A stretch of DNA of 64,000 nt from contig MU053513.1 in assembly GCA_013239625.1 (NCBI GenBank), forward strand, positions 2,096,927-2,160,926, written 5' to 3'. A model generated the notes under the pieces. It was not told where the DNA came from, did no database searches, and saw nothing but the letters and a program-made list of their open reading frames with translations. Every line of letters begins with the position of its first letter. The stretch's first letter is position 1. Made by a program: the position numbers and the translations under genes. Below are positions 38,120 through 50,269 of the stretch, in pieces. The stretch comes from Lama guanicoe (taxonomy: Eukaryota).

Positions 38120-38920
38120 TAAAGGAAGTACAGCTTCCCTGTTTTGTATATTACAAATTTATCAACCTCAGGCATTGAGATACAATGACGGAATTTTCCT
38201 CCTCGTAATTTTAGGGGAACGGGTTTGTTTGAGTAAACTGTTACCAAGTGTTTCATTGCCTTTCTTGTGTTTAGGTGAGCTGCCGAGTCTGCTGAGAGTC
38301 TCTGCTGTTCCGATTCCATGCAGTGGTGCTGGTGGAGACGGTGGTAACTAACTGAGGACTGTGCACTGGGAGTTCAGGGATAAGAGTACTTGTATTTTAA
38401 AGGTTAGTGTTGATTCCTATGAAAATGGAAGTTACTTAACAGATAAGTACTCAGCAGCTCTGTCTAAATTAACTTTTACTATTCTTGTTTATTTCCCCTC
38501 TGGCTACGAGTGCCTGGTGGGATGGGAATTACATAATTTCGGTGGTAAATTTGAAATACATAATAGGAGGATTCTCATATTCAAAGGAAGTCACATGGGG
38601 CAAATTGAGCAAATGCAGCGCCAGGGGGGTCCTCTGGGGGCTCAGACACAATGCCTCAACAGTGGCGTGGTTTTGACAAGAACGTGTCTCTACGCCAGGG
38701 TTCCCTAGCACTGAAGCCAGTTTGTGATGAAGCATTCCCTAAACCACAAAGAAATGAGGAAAATAAGGCAAACACTGGGAGTTTTTCTGAAAGCCAAGAT
38801 TCATTTAGAGACTTTATTTGGAGCTGCCATTTCTAAATTTTTTGTACCCAAAATATCCCTATCAATAGATTTTTTTTTCTTTCTAATACCCTCACTTAGT
38901 AAAATTTTAAAAAAGTCAAC

Positions 38921-39843
38921 CTGGGAATGCAAATTAAAACAATAAGATACCACTGTATACCTACTAGAATGGCACCACTGGAACACTGACACCACCAAAT
39001 GCTGATGACAAAGTGGAGCAACAGGAACTCTCACACATCACTGGTGAGAATGCAAAATGGTACAGCCACTTTGGAAGACAGTTTAATGGTTTCTTACAAA
39101 ACTACACATACTTTTACCACATCATCTACCAGTAATGCTCCTTGGTATTTATCCAAATGAACTGAAAACTTACATCCACACAAAAACCTGCACATGAATA
39201 TTTATAGCAGCCTTTATTCATAATTGCCAAAACTGGGAAGTACCCAAGATGCCCTTCAGTAGGTGAATGGATAAATAAACTATGGTATATCCAAACAAGG
39301 GGATATTATTTAGTGCTCAAAACAAATGAGCTATCAAGCTTTGAAGCAACCTGGAGGAAATTAAAATGTATATTACTAAGTGAGAGAAGCCAGTCTGAAA
39401 ACGCTACGAATTGTGATTCCAACTATATGACATTCTGGAAAAGGTAAAGCTATGCAGATAGTAAAAGCATCAGTGGTTGCCAGGAGCCAAGCTAAGGGGA
39501 TGGGGGTGGGTAAGAGAGGAACAAGCAGAGCACAGAGGTATCTAAGGGCAGTGAAAACACTGCATGATATGATAATGATGAACACATGTCATTATTCACT
39601 TGTCCAAAAACAAAGAATGTACAATACCAAGAGTAAACCCCAGAGCACACTACAGACTTTGGGTGATGGTGATGTGTCAGCATAGGTTCATCAGTTGTAA
39701 CAAATGTCCCACTCTGGTGGGGGATGTTTATAATGAGGGAGGCCATGCATGCACAGAGGCAGGGAGTATATAAGAAATCTCTTGTTTCTTCCTCTCAAGT
39801 TTGTTGTGAACCTAAAATTGCTTTAGAAAAGTAAAGCCTTAAA
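38921..39843 (+). mobile_element. L1MC1-like 3' end
   Basis: atgcaaattaaaacaa..gataccac; ggtacagccactttggaagacagttt; gtgaacctaaaattgct terminus. Degenerate TSD aaaaaagtcaac / aaataagccaac. Confidence 0.85.
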
Positions 39844-41439
39844 AAATAAGCCAACTTCATCTCAGTGCCATTACAATTTTTTCTGACCTACTATATACTG
39901 AAATTAGGGAATTACTGGTCCATGTGCCTTGCTATATGCTAAGATGGTTTATAATTAGTTCCTCACCTGCTTCCCTAGGAAAGTTTGTGTTGGTGAACAA
40001 GAAATAATCCTGATTTTACCAAAGACCCTCTCCCTTTCCTGGCTGAAGAGATCCAGTCAGTAAGTCAAGGTACTAGTTAGCAAGTCTCTTCCTGCGTCTT
40101 ATGACTATAAGCTTACTTCTCAGCTTTAAATTTTGCCTCTCTTGCTTCCTCCTATAAAAAGTCTGGAAGAACAATGACCATTGGCTCACTTCACAGTCTG
40201 AAACTAATGTGGACCTTCACGATGGTCGTCAGTATTAAGCAGCATTTGCTCAATGCACATGGGCAGGCAACCATTTCTCTGGCAAGCTGTGTCTTGTTCC
40301 CGCTGACTGGAATATCCAATGGCACAATGCATTTTGGAAAATAATAACATAAACACTGCATCTTACCCTATTATTTTTCAAGCATATTAAAAGACTCTTC
40401 TTAAAAAAAAAAACCCTGCATTTGTTTTTTTAAAGAGTTCGTCAAGCGTACAATGACTTGGCCTGTTTTAACTGTTTCTTTAAAAACATTCTAGCTTGTG
40501 AAGATGACTAAAATGAAGACTTTTTTTTTAATAAAAAAAGCTTTTAAAATAAAATAAAAAATTATCACTAAACAGACCTATTATTGAGGCTTTTATACAG
40601 TTTCATCAAGTCCAACTGCTCCAAAATGTCATGAGACACAACTTACTCACTAAAGACTAAATAAGTAGCTTTCCTAATCCCAGTGCTGCTCAAACTTTGA
40701 AGAGACACTTCAGACAATCTTTGGGAACTCACAGCATCCTAATCTTTAATTAGAAGCAAAAAAGCTGTAAAAGACATGATGAACTATTACATCCAACCTA
40801 CGGCAAGTTAAAAAAAAAACCACAAGCTTGTCTGAAAAGATTCTCTGAAGTCCCTAGTATACCAGGCTTGTGATTTCATACCGTTCAATTCATACTTGCA
40901 CAGATGGCGGTATACAGACAAGTGTAATAAAAGAATAAAAATGAAGCAGTCCATGTGATGGGAACCATGTCAATAAGATACAGTATTTCAGGCAACAGCA
41001 TGTTTTCCTGGCTATTTTGATTAGATTTTTTCTCCAGTTAAACTAGGTTTGTTTGTTCTTTAGTCAAATCTGCCAACAGATACCGTTAATGCTGAAGTAA
41101 AAAAGAAAAAAAGAATGAGTTGACATCTGTTACAATTCAACCACCATATTCAGACACAGCCATTGTATAGCTTGATTATATGGGTGACAAAGATATCAAA
41201 GAAAACATTGGGACAATTTTATAACAGATAAACAGACACTTTCAAAGAAAAACAGTGAATTCGGCAAGAAGGTTTTATAACCTAAATTCTTCATTTTGGA
41301 TTTCTTCAATAATCCATCTATGGGAGAAAAGGCAACAGAAAACCCTCAAAGAGAACAGATTTTTAAGTGGTAATTGTAGGTTCCAAAAATTGGCATTTGA
41401 GGTGGAAGGAAGAAAAAGGAGGAAACAGGAAAATTATAA

Positions 41440-41830
41440 AGCAACGTCAATCACATTGCCCTTATGACATTCCAGGCACTGTTCTAAGCATTTGATATCC
41501 ATTTATTCCTTGTAATTACATTGAGGTAGGACGGATGATTATACCCATTTTACAGGTCAAGCATTTGACTCAGAGAAAAATAAGTAACCTGCAGGGTGTC
41601 ACACAGGTGCTAGGAGACGCAGCAGCAATCTGGACCAGGCAATGTGGCTGCACGGTGCGTCTTACACACAGCCTCTCCCTGCCAGGCCACATGCATTCTC
41701 TCATTTCACCCGTACAGCAACACATGCAGTATGGAGTGTCATCTCCAATGTACAGATGGCGACCAGGTCCTAGAGCACCGCGAATTTACTCAACGGCAGT
41801 GGAGCTGAGATTCCAAGTGAGGTTTCAGAT
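41440..41830 (-). mobile_element. Two adjacent MIR fragments
   Basis: ccaggcactgttctaagcattt...attatacccattttacag; tctcatttcacccgtacagcaac...gtggagctgagattccaa. Confidence 0.7.
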
Positions 41831-41904
41831 TCCAAAGCACGAGGGAGGAAGTACCCCTCTGGGGTACTGTTCCAGGCATTTGGACTATGTTATGAAATAA
41901 AATA

Positions 41905-42010
41905 AAGATCTTTACCTCTTGTTTATTTAGCTTTGCACCCCTAACACCTAGCAGAGTGTCTGGCACCCATCGGTTCTTAATAAATATTTACTGAATGAAT
42001 AAATGAATTA
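41905..42010 (+). mobile_element. L2 3' end
   Basis: cacctagcagagtgtctggcac...taataaatatttactgaatgaataaatgaat. Confidence 0.75.
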
Positions 42011-42994
42011 ATTAGGAGGAGCAAGTAGAAGAAAAAGAAAACAAACTACAGAGAAAAAGAAATATTTGGGTTTAATCTTTTAACTCCCCGATTTTCACTG
42101 AGATCTTAATATGCTTTTGATTAGTAAGGATGATCACTTTAATGATTTAATTCATCTTTTAAAGCAGAAAGGCTACCAAATATATTTTAACTCCAAAAGT
42201 GAGCTACGATCCAGGTTCTGCAGGAGGACATGCGGTTCAGGATACAGTGCTTGCTCCTCTGTCAGACTAGACTTTCAAATTCTATTTCCCAGAGCTCAGC
42301 CTGCGTTTGTGCTCACCGCTTTTGAAAAGGTGACTTTCCAATGCAAGGCTTCTCCCAGTAATTAGAGGCGTTTATCTTAAAGCTCATCTGGGTTTAGCAG
42401 GGAGGTTACAGGCTGTCATCTGCATTGTTACTGACTCCTTCAATTAGAGGCAATGGCATTTCACCTCCATGCAAAATATTAGTAAATTAACAGTCCTCAC
42501 TCTGCATTCATTTGGGAAATCTGCTCTGCTTGTGATGACGAACGTGACAAGCAGGGAGTAATCAGAGACGCTCCGGTAATACCTTTAAGCCTTGAAAACA
42601 TCAATTAAAACTCTGGCCCTGCAGTTTGTGCTTGGGGTTTGGTCTGTAGGGTAAATTTCTATTTTCATGACACAGCGCAGAAGTCAGCAATGGTAATTTG
42701 CAGGAGAAACAAACAAAAACTCCGACAAAAAAAGAGCCACAGAAACACCCATCCTGATTTTCTTGAATCTTTCATATCACTCATGTCTCTTTTAGACCGA
42801 AAATGAACTCTGGCATTGTGAACACTTTTCAGATCAGATTTACGGTTCTCTGCCATGACAACGTGGACTCAAAGGGCAAATTCTAATAAGCATTTCCTTA
42901 TAGTGCTAGAAAGACCAAAACTATTATTCAAATGCCGTGACAATCTCTTTCAATCTAAGGGCATTTTAGGCTAATGAAGAGATTTTTTTTTAAC

Positions 42995-43155
42995 ACAGTA
43001 ATTGTTAGGTTATAGGAGCTCTGCAGATGGGATTTAGCAGATTTACCTAAAACTTATGAGAAGCGTCCTCTGTGCATTTTATTGGGATGGAGACGCATCA
43101 CGTTCACAGGATTCTCCACGGGGGCTTAAAACCCCACTAAGCAAGAATCTCTAGT
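42995..43155. mobile_element. hAT-Charlie MITE relic (MER103-like)
   Basis: gcattttattgggatggagacgcatcacgttcacaggattctccacggggg resembles the remembered MER103 end. Confidence 0.4.
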
Positions 43156-44023
43156 CTGGTGAGAAAGACCAAAGGGCTGAGGGGAGGGTTCTGTGGAGCT
43201 CGGGGACCACCATGGAGCACCACGGAGCTGCTCTGGTCTCAGTGTCATCTTCTGCAAAACGCCTTCCTGAGGTGGCCAATGAGCCTCTTTGTCTCCTCTA
43301 TTTCAGACTTGAATCTCTGATGTAGGGATCATGACTTAGGCTGAATCTTCACCTCCAGCTTCCTCTAACTTCTAATAACCGTAATAACTAGTGATTCAGC
43401 CTCATTCTTCTTTGACACACTGAATATCATTAACCACAACACAAACTGAATGTTTATGAAAAAATTAGTATTTGCACTGTTCAATGGGGCCGAAAGAGCA
43501 ACGCCTTCCATTTTGAGACAATATCACTTCTCCATGACTAGTCAAACTCTTCGGAAATATCTTCTGGGTTGTCAGCATCTCATTTCTTTAAGCAGTACAC
43601 TATGGTAAGGTCTAACTTACAGTTTAAGTCTAATATAACACTGTATCAACTATGTAATTTTAAGTCTATCAATTTTACTTGGTTTCCAAAGATAGAAGAG
43701 TTGAGAAACTGGGCATGTTTTGCTTAAAATTATCAAGAAATTATTTTAAAATTATTTTTAACTTGAGGGCCATAAGATTCTAGCCAGGGTTACCATTTTT
43801 TTTTTGTAAAAATTAAATGAAAGTGAAAGTGTTTTTTTAATGATTTAATAATGGTTTAATAAAGGCAAATCAGATCAAAATTACCAGTTGTTTTCATTGG
43901 ATCTGTACCCAACAGAAGCCACATATTTAAGGTAGAAAGATTTCTAAATGAGAAGAACATGGGACAATTAGAAATCTAAAAGGTCGTTCATGTACTGGAC
44001 ATACAAAAGTACAGCTAACTTAC

Positions 44024-44215
44024 TGTCATGATGAGCCCCTTCTCCTGGAAGTATTTAACCAACGGAGCAGCGTTCTGCTTGAAGTTCATCAGTCTCCTTT
44101 GGGTAGCTTTCAGGTTGTCATCAGGTCGCCCCTGTTGCTCTGCACGCTTCAGTAATCTTTCTTTGAGCCTCTGATTGGCACAAGCCAGGAACACCACCAA
44201 GTCGGGAGTACAGAT
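44024..44215 (-). CDS. AK5: Adenylate kinase 5, internal coding exon (probably the orthologue of human exon 6), 64 codons: ICTPDLVVFLACANQRLKERLLKRAEQQGRPDDNLKATQRRLMNFKQNAAPLVKYFQEKGLIMT
   Basis: The translation matches the LID region of the first kinase domain of AK5 as I remember it (RLLKR..GRPDDN motif). On the minus strand the acceptor is ttgtttgatgctctccacag|ATC (CAG at 44216-44218) and the donor is ACA|GTAAGT (44018-44023). Length 192 nt, phase 0-0. Confidence 0.96.
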
Positions 44216-44649
44216 CTGTGGAGAGCATCAAACAAGTAGACAAGGTGAGAGGGTAGTGGCATTCAAGTCTTTTGGGTCTGTTGAGGCTGCCATATTTTTG
44301 ACCCGTTATGTTCTTGCCAGCGTGTTTCCAGGGCTACGCCTCTACACAAAGCCAGGAGGAGCTATTGTTATTACAGTCCAGGTAAATGGCATACTTCGAC
44401 CCACACAGCTGTGTGCAGTGGCCCGCCTATTTCAGGAAAAGACTTTTTGTCTATGCTCAAATATGTTTCCAAGTTGAATTAAGAACAATATAGGCCAAAA
44501 AAAAATTAAATTAAAAAAAAAAAGAACAATATAGGCCAAACTCTGCCAAAGGCAGACATGACTTGACTTCAGAGGGGAGATGGCCACTGGGCTACAGAAA
44601 TTCTCTGCAGCAAACAAGGCCTGCTGCTATTATTACTGTCTGCTGCCCT

Positions 44650-44900
44650 TTAAAAAGTATCAACTGCATGCCAGGCCCAATGCTAAGTTATTTCCTATGA
44701 TATTGCTAAACTTTAGAACAATCAGCAAGGTAAATATTATCTCCATTTTAAAGATGAGCAAAAAAAAAAAAAAAGATAAAATGAAGAGCAAACAGAGGCT
44801 CTGAGAAATTAAGTACTTCTCCGGGAGTCATATGGTCAAGGTCAAAGGTGGTATTTGAACCCAGGTCTGTCTGGTCTATGGCCTGTGTTCCTTCCACTAT
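44650..44900 (-). mobile_element. MIR with an internal A-tract
   Basis: attatctccattttaaagatgag...aacagaggctctgagaaattaagtactt...atttgaacccaggtctgtctg. Confidence 0.75.
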
Positions 44901-45114
44901 TACAAAGAACCAAATGGTTCAAAAACCTTCAGGAATTTATGAAAATACCAAGGAATGACATGAAAAAAACCTATGTAATAAAGAGTTCTTATTTAATTTA
45001 ATTAGAACTAGTACTGCATTTAAAAGATAACACAGCCATATAAAGTGAATGTAGTTTCTTGCTGAAGATGGGACAAGAAAAAAAGGGCAGTTCTGCATAG
45101 TGCTTTAAGGAAAT

Positions 45115-45366
45115 GATCGCCCCGATTTTTTATTGTATCCTCACATTAGTAAATTATTTGTGCATATACCCCAATAAATATATACTTATTAATTTATAAA
45201 ATGTGCTTGAATATATAATATGCATGTTTAACCATACTAATATAGTATGCATACTATAAAATATACACAAAAATGCAATTTAAGAAGAATGGGATATGAT
45301 AATCATAACTTTAACATTTTCTTCCCACATCACAGTGGTTTGCCTTGCACACTCTGGAGACCACTG
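45115..45366. mobile_element. hAT-Charlie MITE (MER113-like)
   Basis: AT-rich core (ccccaataaatatatacttatt, ataaaatatacacaaaaat, attttcttcccacatcacagtgg) ending in tggagaccactg. Confidence 0.6.
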
Positions 45367-45369
45367 ATT

Positions 45370-45595
45370 AGAAACTGGAGCCTGGAGGCTGGGAAACATG
45401 GGGTCCGTTCTGGCCCCAGGATTTAACAGCTGAGGTATGGCATATGGCTTAACTTTGCTAGGCCTCCATGTCTTCATCTGTCAGAAGAGATAGATGAGCC
45501 TACCTGCATGAGTTATAAAGATTAAATAAGATAATGTATGTAAAATATGTAACACAAACCTGATCGATGGTAAGTGCTCAAAGAATGTTAGCAAT
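45370..45595 (+). mobile_element. MIR
   Basis: ggcctccatgtcttcatctgt...aagattaaataagataatgtatgtaaa...tggtaagtgctcaaagaatgttagc. Confidence 0.75.
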
Positions 45596-46199
45596 GCTTG
45601 CTATCTCTTGGTTTTCATGATTCTATGTTGTCCTGGTTCTCCTTTAACTTTTGGGTTTTTATTTTGTTGTTTTTTTCCCCTTTGCTCTCATCTTTACCCC
45701 CTTCTTAAATGCACTAGTAATGGTATTTCCAAGGCTTAGATCATGTTTTGTTTTGTTTTTCCCTCTCCAAGTTCTCATTCTCTCAGCAACCTTCCGCTGT
45801 TCTGGTTTCGACCACCTATCCTGTGTTGCTGGATTCCAAATCTACACTTTTCAGCACCGACTTTCAATAGCACTTATATCCTATATTTGCAAATGCTTAT
45901 AAGACAGCTCTACCTGAAAGTCTTAATGTTACATGTGACCCAGCAAGGACAGGATCAATTCCAGCACCTTTTCATCTAAATGAGTGTCCTGTCTTGCTGA
46001 GCCATTTATTTGTTTATTTTTATGATAGCAACCCTACTACTTTCCTGACTCTCTCAGCTAGAAGTCTTAATATCATTTCTAATCCTTATAAAACTTCAGT
46101 CTCTCCGAGCTCTCACCATTGACTATGGATTTTTGTCTTGAAACACTATTCAGACTCCTCCTCCCCAAATTCCCACGGCCACTGTGTACGCACAGGCAC

Positions 46200-46340
46200 A
46201 CACTGGCCTAAGTGGTTAGGAGCATGAATTTTAGAATCAGATCATCCTGATTTTATATTTCGACTCTGCTGTCTACTAGTTGTTTGTCCGTGGGTAAATG
46301 GTTCAATATCTCTGAGCTTCAGTTTTCTCTATTGTAAGAA
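46200..46340 (+). mobile_element. MIR 5' part
   Basis: agtggttaggagcatgaattttagaatcaga...tctctgagcttcagttttct. Confidence 0.7.
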
Positions 46341-46953
46341 AAACAAAAAGAAGAAACTCTTCCAATCTCAGTGGTTTAGTATCTCCAGAGTTTTAAAACA
46401 CTTTTACATAGTTTTTGAGAAACCTTAGCAATTTAGAAAGTCACTTTGTATTTTTGTGTGATATATGATAAAAGGATTATCTGAAGTTAAAACTTTTATC
46501 TTATCACATATTATAATGTAAAATTCATATTTAAGAAAATCTTTGGCAATATTCAGTCTTACCCAATATAACAAATGACATCTTTTAAAATTTACTTTGA
46601 ATAAATTATATAAGGGAGAAGATAATTTTTGACAAATAAATTTAAATGACATATTGTGCTTGGTTTATTCACAATGTATATTAAAATATGGAAAAATCCT
46701 CAACTACTAACTCAGGATTGAAAGCCAATAAAAACTTCTTGCATTTAGAAATTCTTGCATTTTGCATTTCAACAAATTAAATGGTTTACTTTAATACATT
46801 TTGTGTTTTGCAACAGACACAATGTCGCTGCTTCTCCCTACATAACACAAGAAGGTCATGGAGAGACTTAAGAATGTAATCATCACTATATTTTCCCTTT
46901 TAGTACTGGTTTTCAAAATACTAGAGGCAGCTTAAAATTTATCTAAGACTTTT

Positions 46954-47051
46954 ATACACTTTGAATAAAACTGTACTTTATTTATTTATTTATTTTCATT
47001 AGTAGATTTTTTTAAAAAGCAGTTGTAAGTTTACAGATAACTTGCGTGGAG
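46954..47051 (-). mobile_element. Very short L1MC-type 3' end with TSD
   Basis: agcagttgtaagtttacaga (reverse L1MC terminus), (TTTA)n tail. TSD tatctaagactttt (46940-46953) / tatctaagattttt (47052-47065). Confidence 0.7.
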
Positions 47052-49466
47052 TATCTAAGATTTTTGATCAATGAATGCAACTTAAGGTCTGATACAGATG
47101 ACTTTGAAGTGACTCTGCAAAGTTACTTAATTTTATAATTGTGATTAACTTGCTGTCTTTCCTTGGTATAAATTAACCTACATACAACTAAGAATAAAAA
47201 AAATCAAAATGTGGCACAGGCGAGAGCACTGCGGCAGCTGGGATAACCAGTTGACTGCTCAACTGAGGGACCGCAGCCACAAGTACACGCATCTGATTCC
47301 TAGTAACCCCACATATGTCCACACGAGGGCCCTCGTCCTCCAATACTGCTCCATTTTAAAGGATGAGAGATGTTAATTGCTTGTGTTTTACCCCAAAATG
47401 TAAAACAGAAGCAGACACCATTCTTTTCCAGAAGATGTGAAGCCCCAGGAAAGTTTTCATGAAATTCACTCATGAAACATTGAAAAGTTATCACCAAAGT
47501 GGACCCTTGGCACATCTTTTATTAGCCTATGTCCTCAAAAGTTTATTGCTGATTGAATAAATGAGTACATCAGTGAGAACAAAGACTGAGATACTGCTTT
47601 TGTCTGAATGAAAGTACACTTCCCAACCGCTGATACTGTTTTTCCCATTGGATCAAAGAGATCAATCTTTTTTTTTTTCTGTCATTATACAGACAAGTCA
47701 GTCTTCCTCTATCCATTCTCTCAGTTTTCTACCTGAATAATTATTCTGTTAAAAAGATCTTATGATCACCTTTGATGAGCAAAGACATATTCACTGTGTC
47801 AGACAGCCAAGCGAGCCTATTTTAATAGTCCCTGTTCTTAGCTGTCAGTGGTTTTGACTGCCCTATCGTTTATGAAGATGTATTAGAAGGTCTAGATGCC
47901 GTAATTCAGATCACACTGTCAGAAACCAAAAGGCAAAGTCTGAAAAAAAAACCAACAAAAAACAGAGAGAAGATCACACTTGGAACAAAAACTGGAATCA
48001 CAGAAACTAAGAGATGGAAAAATCTTGGCGGTTATTTAACCCAAATTAATGCCAACCCTGTAATCATCTCCACAATCTCTTGACACGTGATTTCTAAACT
48101 TGAATGCTCTTGGGAGCATTTCTTGCGATGCCTCACTACTTATGAGGTTGCCCCTTTCATTACTGGATAACTCTAATCACTGGGAAGTTCTTTCTAATAC
48201 TGGGCTAAATTTTGCTTTCTTAATTCTACCTATAGGGAAAATGTAAAGTAAATGATTCCTTTCGCCCATGAAACATTTATTGAATATAAACCATTATCAC
48301 ATAGGCTAGACTAGATCATGAAAGGAAAAAAGGCTGGGTAACTGGACTTTATCATTTAACATGGAGATAATTTCTGGGCAGAGCTCTTAATGGATTATGG
48401 GGCTCAGGGACAAAAACTGGACTTTGGGCCCCACCAAGAAGAAGGAGCTCTAGAAACTACTGCTGTTACTCCCACCTTAGGCTTTTGGTTGGAATCCTAA
48501 GGGGCAGCTATACCATGTGTGAACCAGCCTTCCCAGGACTAAATTCCATTTAGAATCATCTCAAATCCTCATTATACTAAGGTGATTGAATGTGTTTAAC
48601 AGCCAATTAGGCACTGAAAGGAGAATTAGTGAACTAAAAGGTCAGGAGAAAATATCCAGAATGAAACAAGGGGGAGAGAAGGGTAGGAAGAAAATAGAAA
48701 AGAGCAAAAGAGATGTATGAGACAACAGCTGGAACGTTCTGGAAGAAGAGAGAAAAATGAAGAAGCAGTGTTTAAAAATGGAATAGTTAGGAATTTTCCA
48801 AACTCGCAAATAATATCAAGTGCCATAAGTAGGAATCAATATGAAAACCAAGAGAATAAAGAGAAGACTCAGATCTAAGCATGTCATAGTAAAACTGCTG
48901 AAAGTCCAGACAGACAAAAAAAGTCTTTAAACCAGCCAGAAGAAAGAAATGATAGATAACCTTTAGAGGGGCAACAGTAAGACAGCTAGATTTGCCAAAG
49001 AAACAATGAAAGCCAGAAAACAATGAAATGACATCTTTAGGGTGCTGACAAAAAAATAACTACCCATCTAGGTTTCTATATCCAGTAAAATATATCTTTC
49101 AAAAAATAAGAGTAAATGCAGATATTTTTCAAACTAACACAAACTAAGAGCACTCTCATCAGAAATTCTACTCTAATGGAAATATTAATGAATATTCTTC
49201 AGGTAGAAGAAAAATGATCTACGCTAGAAAGCTGGCCCAGAGGAGTGAATGAAGAGCAATGAAATGGTAAATCTGTGGATGAACCTAAATGAAGACTGAC
49301 CCTATAAAAGAATACTAAAAGCATGTTGTGGTATTTAAAAACAGAGATTAGTCATGAGGCAGGTTAAGTGAAGTTCACTGTTCCAAGGTCTTGTTCAGGA
49401 AGTTGGAAAACTACTGATTTCTATGAGACATGAATAAGTTAATGATGCATGTTATAATCTGTAGAA

Positions 49467-49585
49467 CAGGAGTCAGCTAACTTTTTCTGTAAAGGGCATA
49501 GCAAATTTTTTAGGCTTTGCAAGGCCATGTGGTCTTGTAGCATCCAAGCAGCCATGGACAGGAAAGCAGGAGTGGGGCTGGGCCA
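49467..49585 (+). mobile_element. MER58A-like hAT MITE fragment
   Basis: caggagtcagctaactttttctgtaaagggc...ttttaggctttgcaaggccat. Confidence 0.75.
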
Positions 49586-49589
49586 ATGC

Positions 49590-49915
49590 AGAGGAGGAGG
49601 CGAGCCAGTGCAGAGGTACAGTGCTGGGTTAGTCACTGCGACGGGAGACTAGACTCCACGCTGCTGGGCCTTCTGAGGGGACATGTGTGATGAGTGTTTA
49701 TAAGGGACAGATCCTGTCCCTTATAGGCCAAGAGTTGCCCCTGGCGTGTTGCCTCCCTCATATGTTCACACTGTGTATGTCTCAGAGCAGGAAATTGAAC
49801 AGTGAGTTGCTGTCCTGGGCAGCATTACCCAGGCACAAAACTGGTCACAGCAGCAAAGGCCAAGGTCAAGGGGGCCTGAGAGAATATGAGGTAGGGCATC
49901 AGAGGGGCGTGATGG
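49590..49915 (-). mobile_element. ERVL LTR relic (LTR16A-like)
   Basis: ctgctgggccttctgagg; ggccaagagttgcccctggcgtgttgcctccc. Confidence 0.55.
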
Positions 49916-50079
49916 AGCAGTACACTTCAAATATAAAGATACAGAAAAGGAAAGGGATGGAAAACACATCCAAGGAAACATTAGCCAAGAGAAAGGTGGG
50001 AAAACAATACAAATATCAAATCTGGTTAAAAAACAGGCAAAGGAAAAAAAAATGGGAAGTATCAACTGAATGTATCTAT

Positions 50080-50256
50080 TAGGAGAGTGGATCTGGAAAG
50101 TTCTCATCATGAGAAAAAGATTTTGTAACTATGTGGGGTGAGGGATATTAACTGGATTTACTGTGGTAGTCATTCTGCAATATATACAAATATGGAAATC
50201 ATTAGGTTGTACACCTGAGACTAATACAATGTTATGTCAATTATTCCCCAATAAAA
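50080..50256 (+). mobile_element. L1MB-type 3' end
   Basis: aaagttctcatca...gttgtacacctgagactaatacaatgttatgtcaatta...caataaaa. Confidence 0.8.
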
Positions 50257-50269
50257 TTTTTTAATTAAT

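Larger units (their letters stand above)
1..44023 (-). other. AK5: AK5 intron downstream of the exon (runs past the window start)
   Basis: GT donor at 44022-44023. I did not find the next expected exon (FDADRDEDEVFYDISMAVDNKLFP...) in the window. The content is repeat-rich and non-coding. Confidence 0.8.

Noticed and set aside
44111..44113. Leu in DDNLKAT where I recall Val in human AK5
   Set aside because: A conservative change, the recollection is unverified, and it may be shared by other ungulates.
44015..44200. Stand-alone 61-aa ORF from the ORF track
   Set aside because: It is the AK5 exon read from an internal TTG and through the splice donor.
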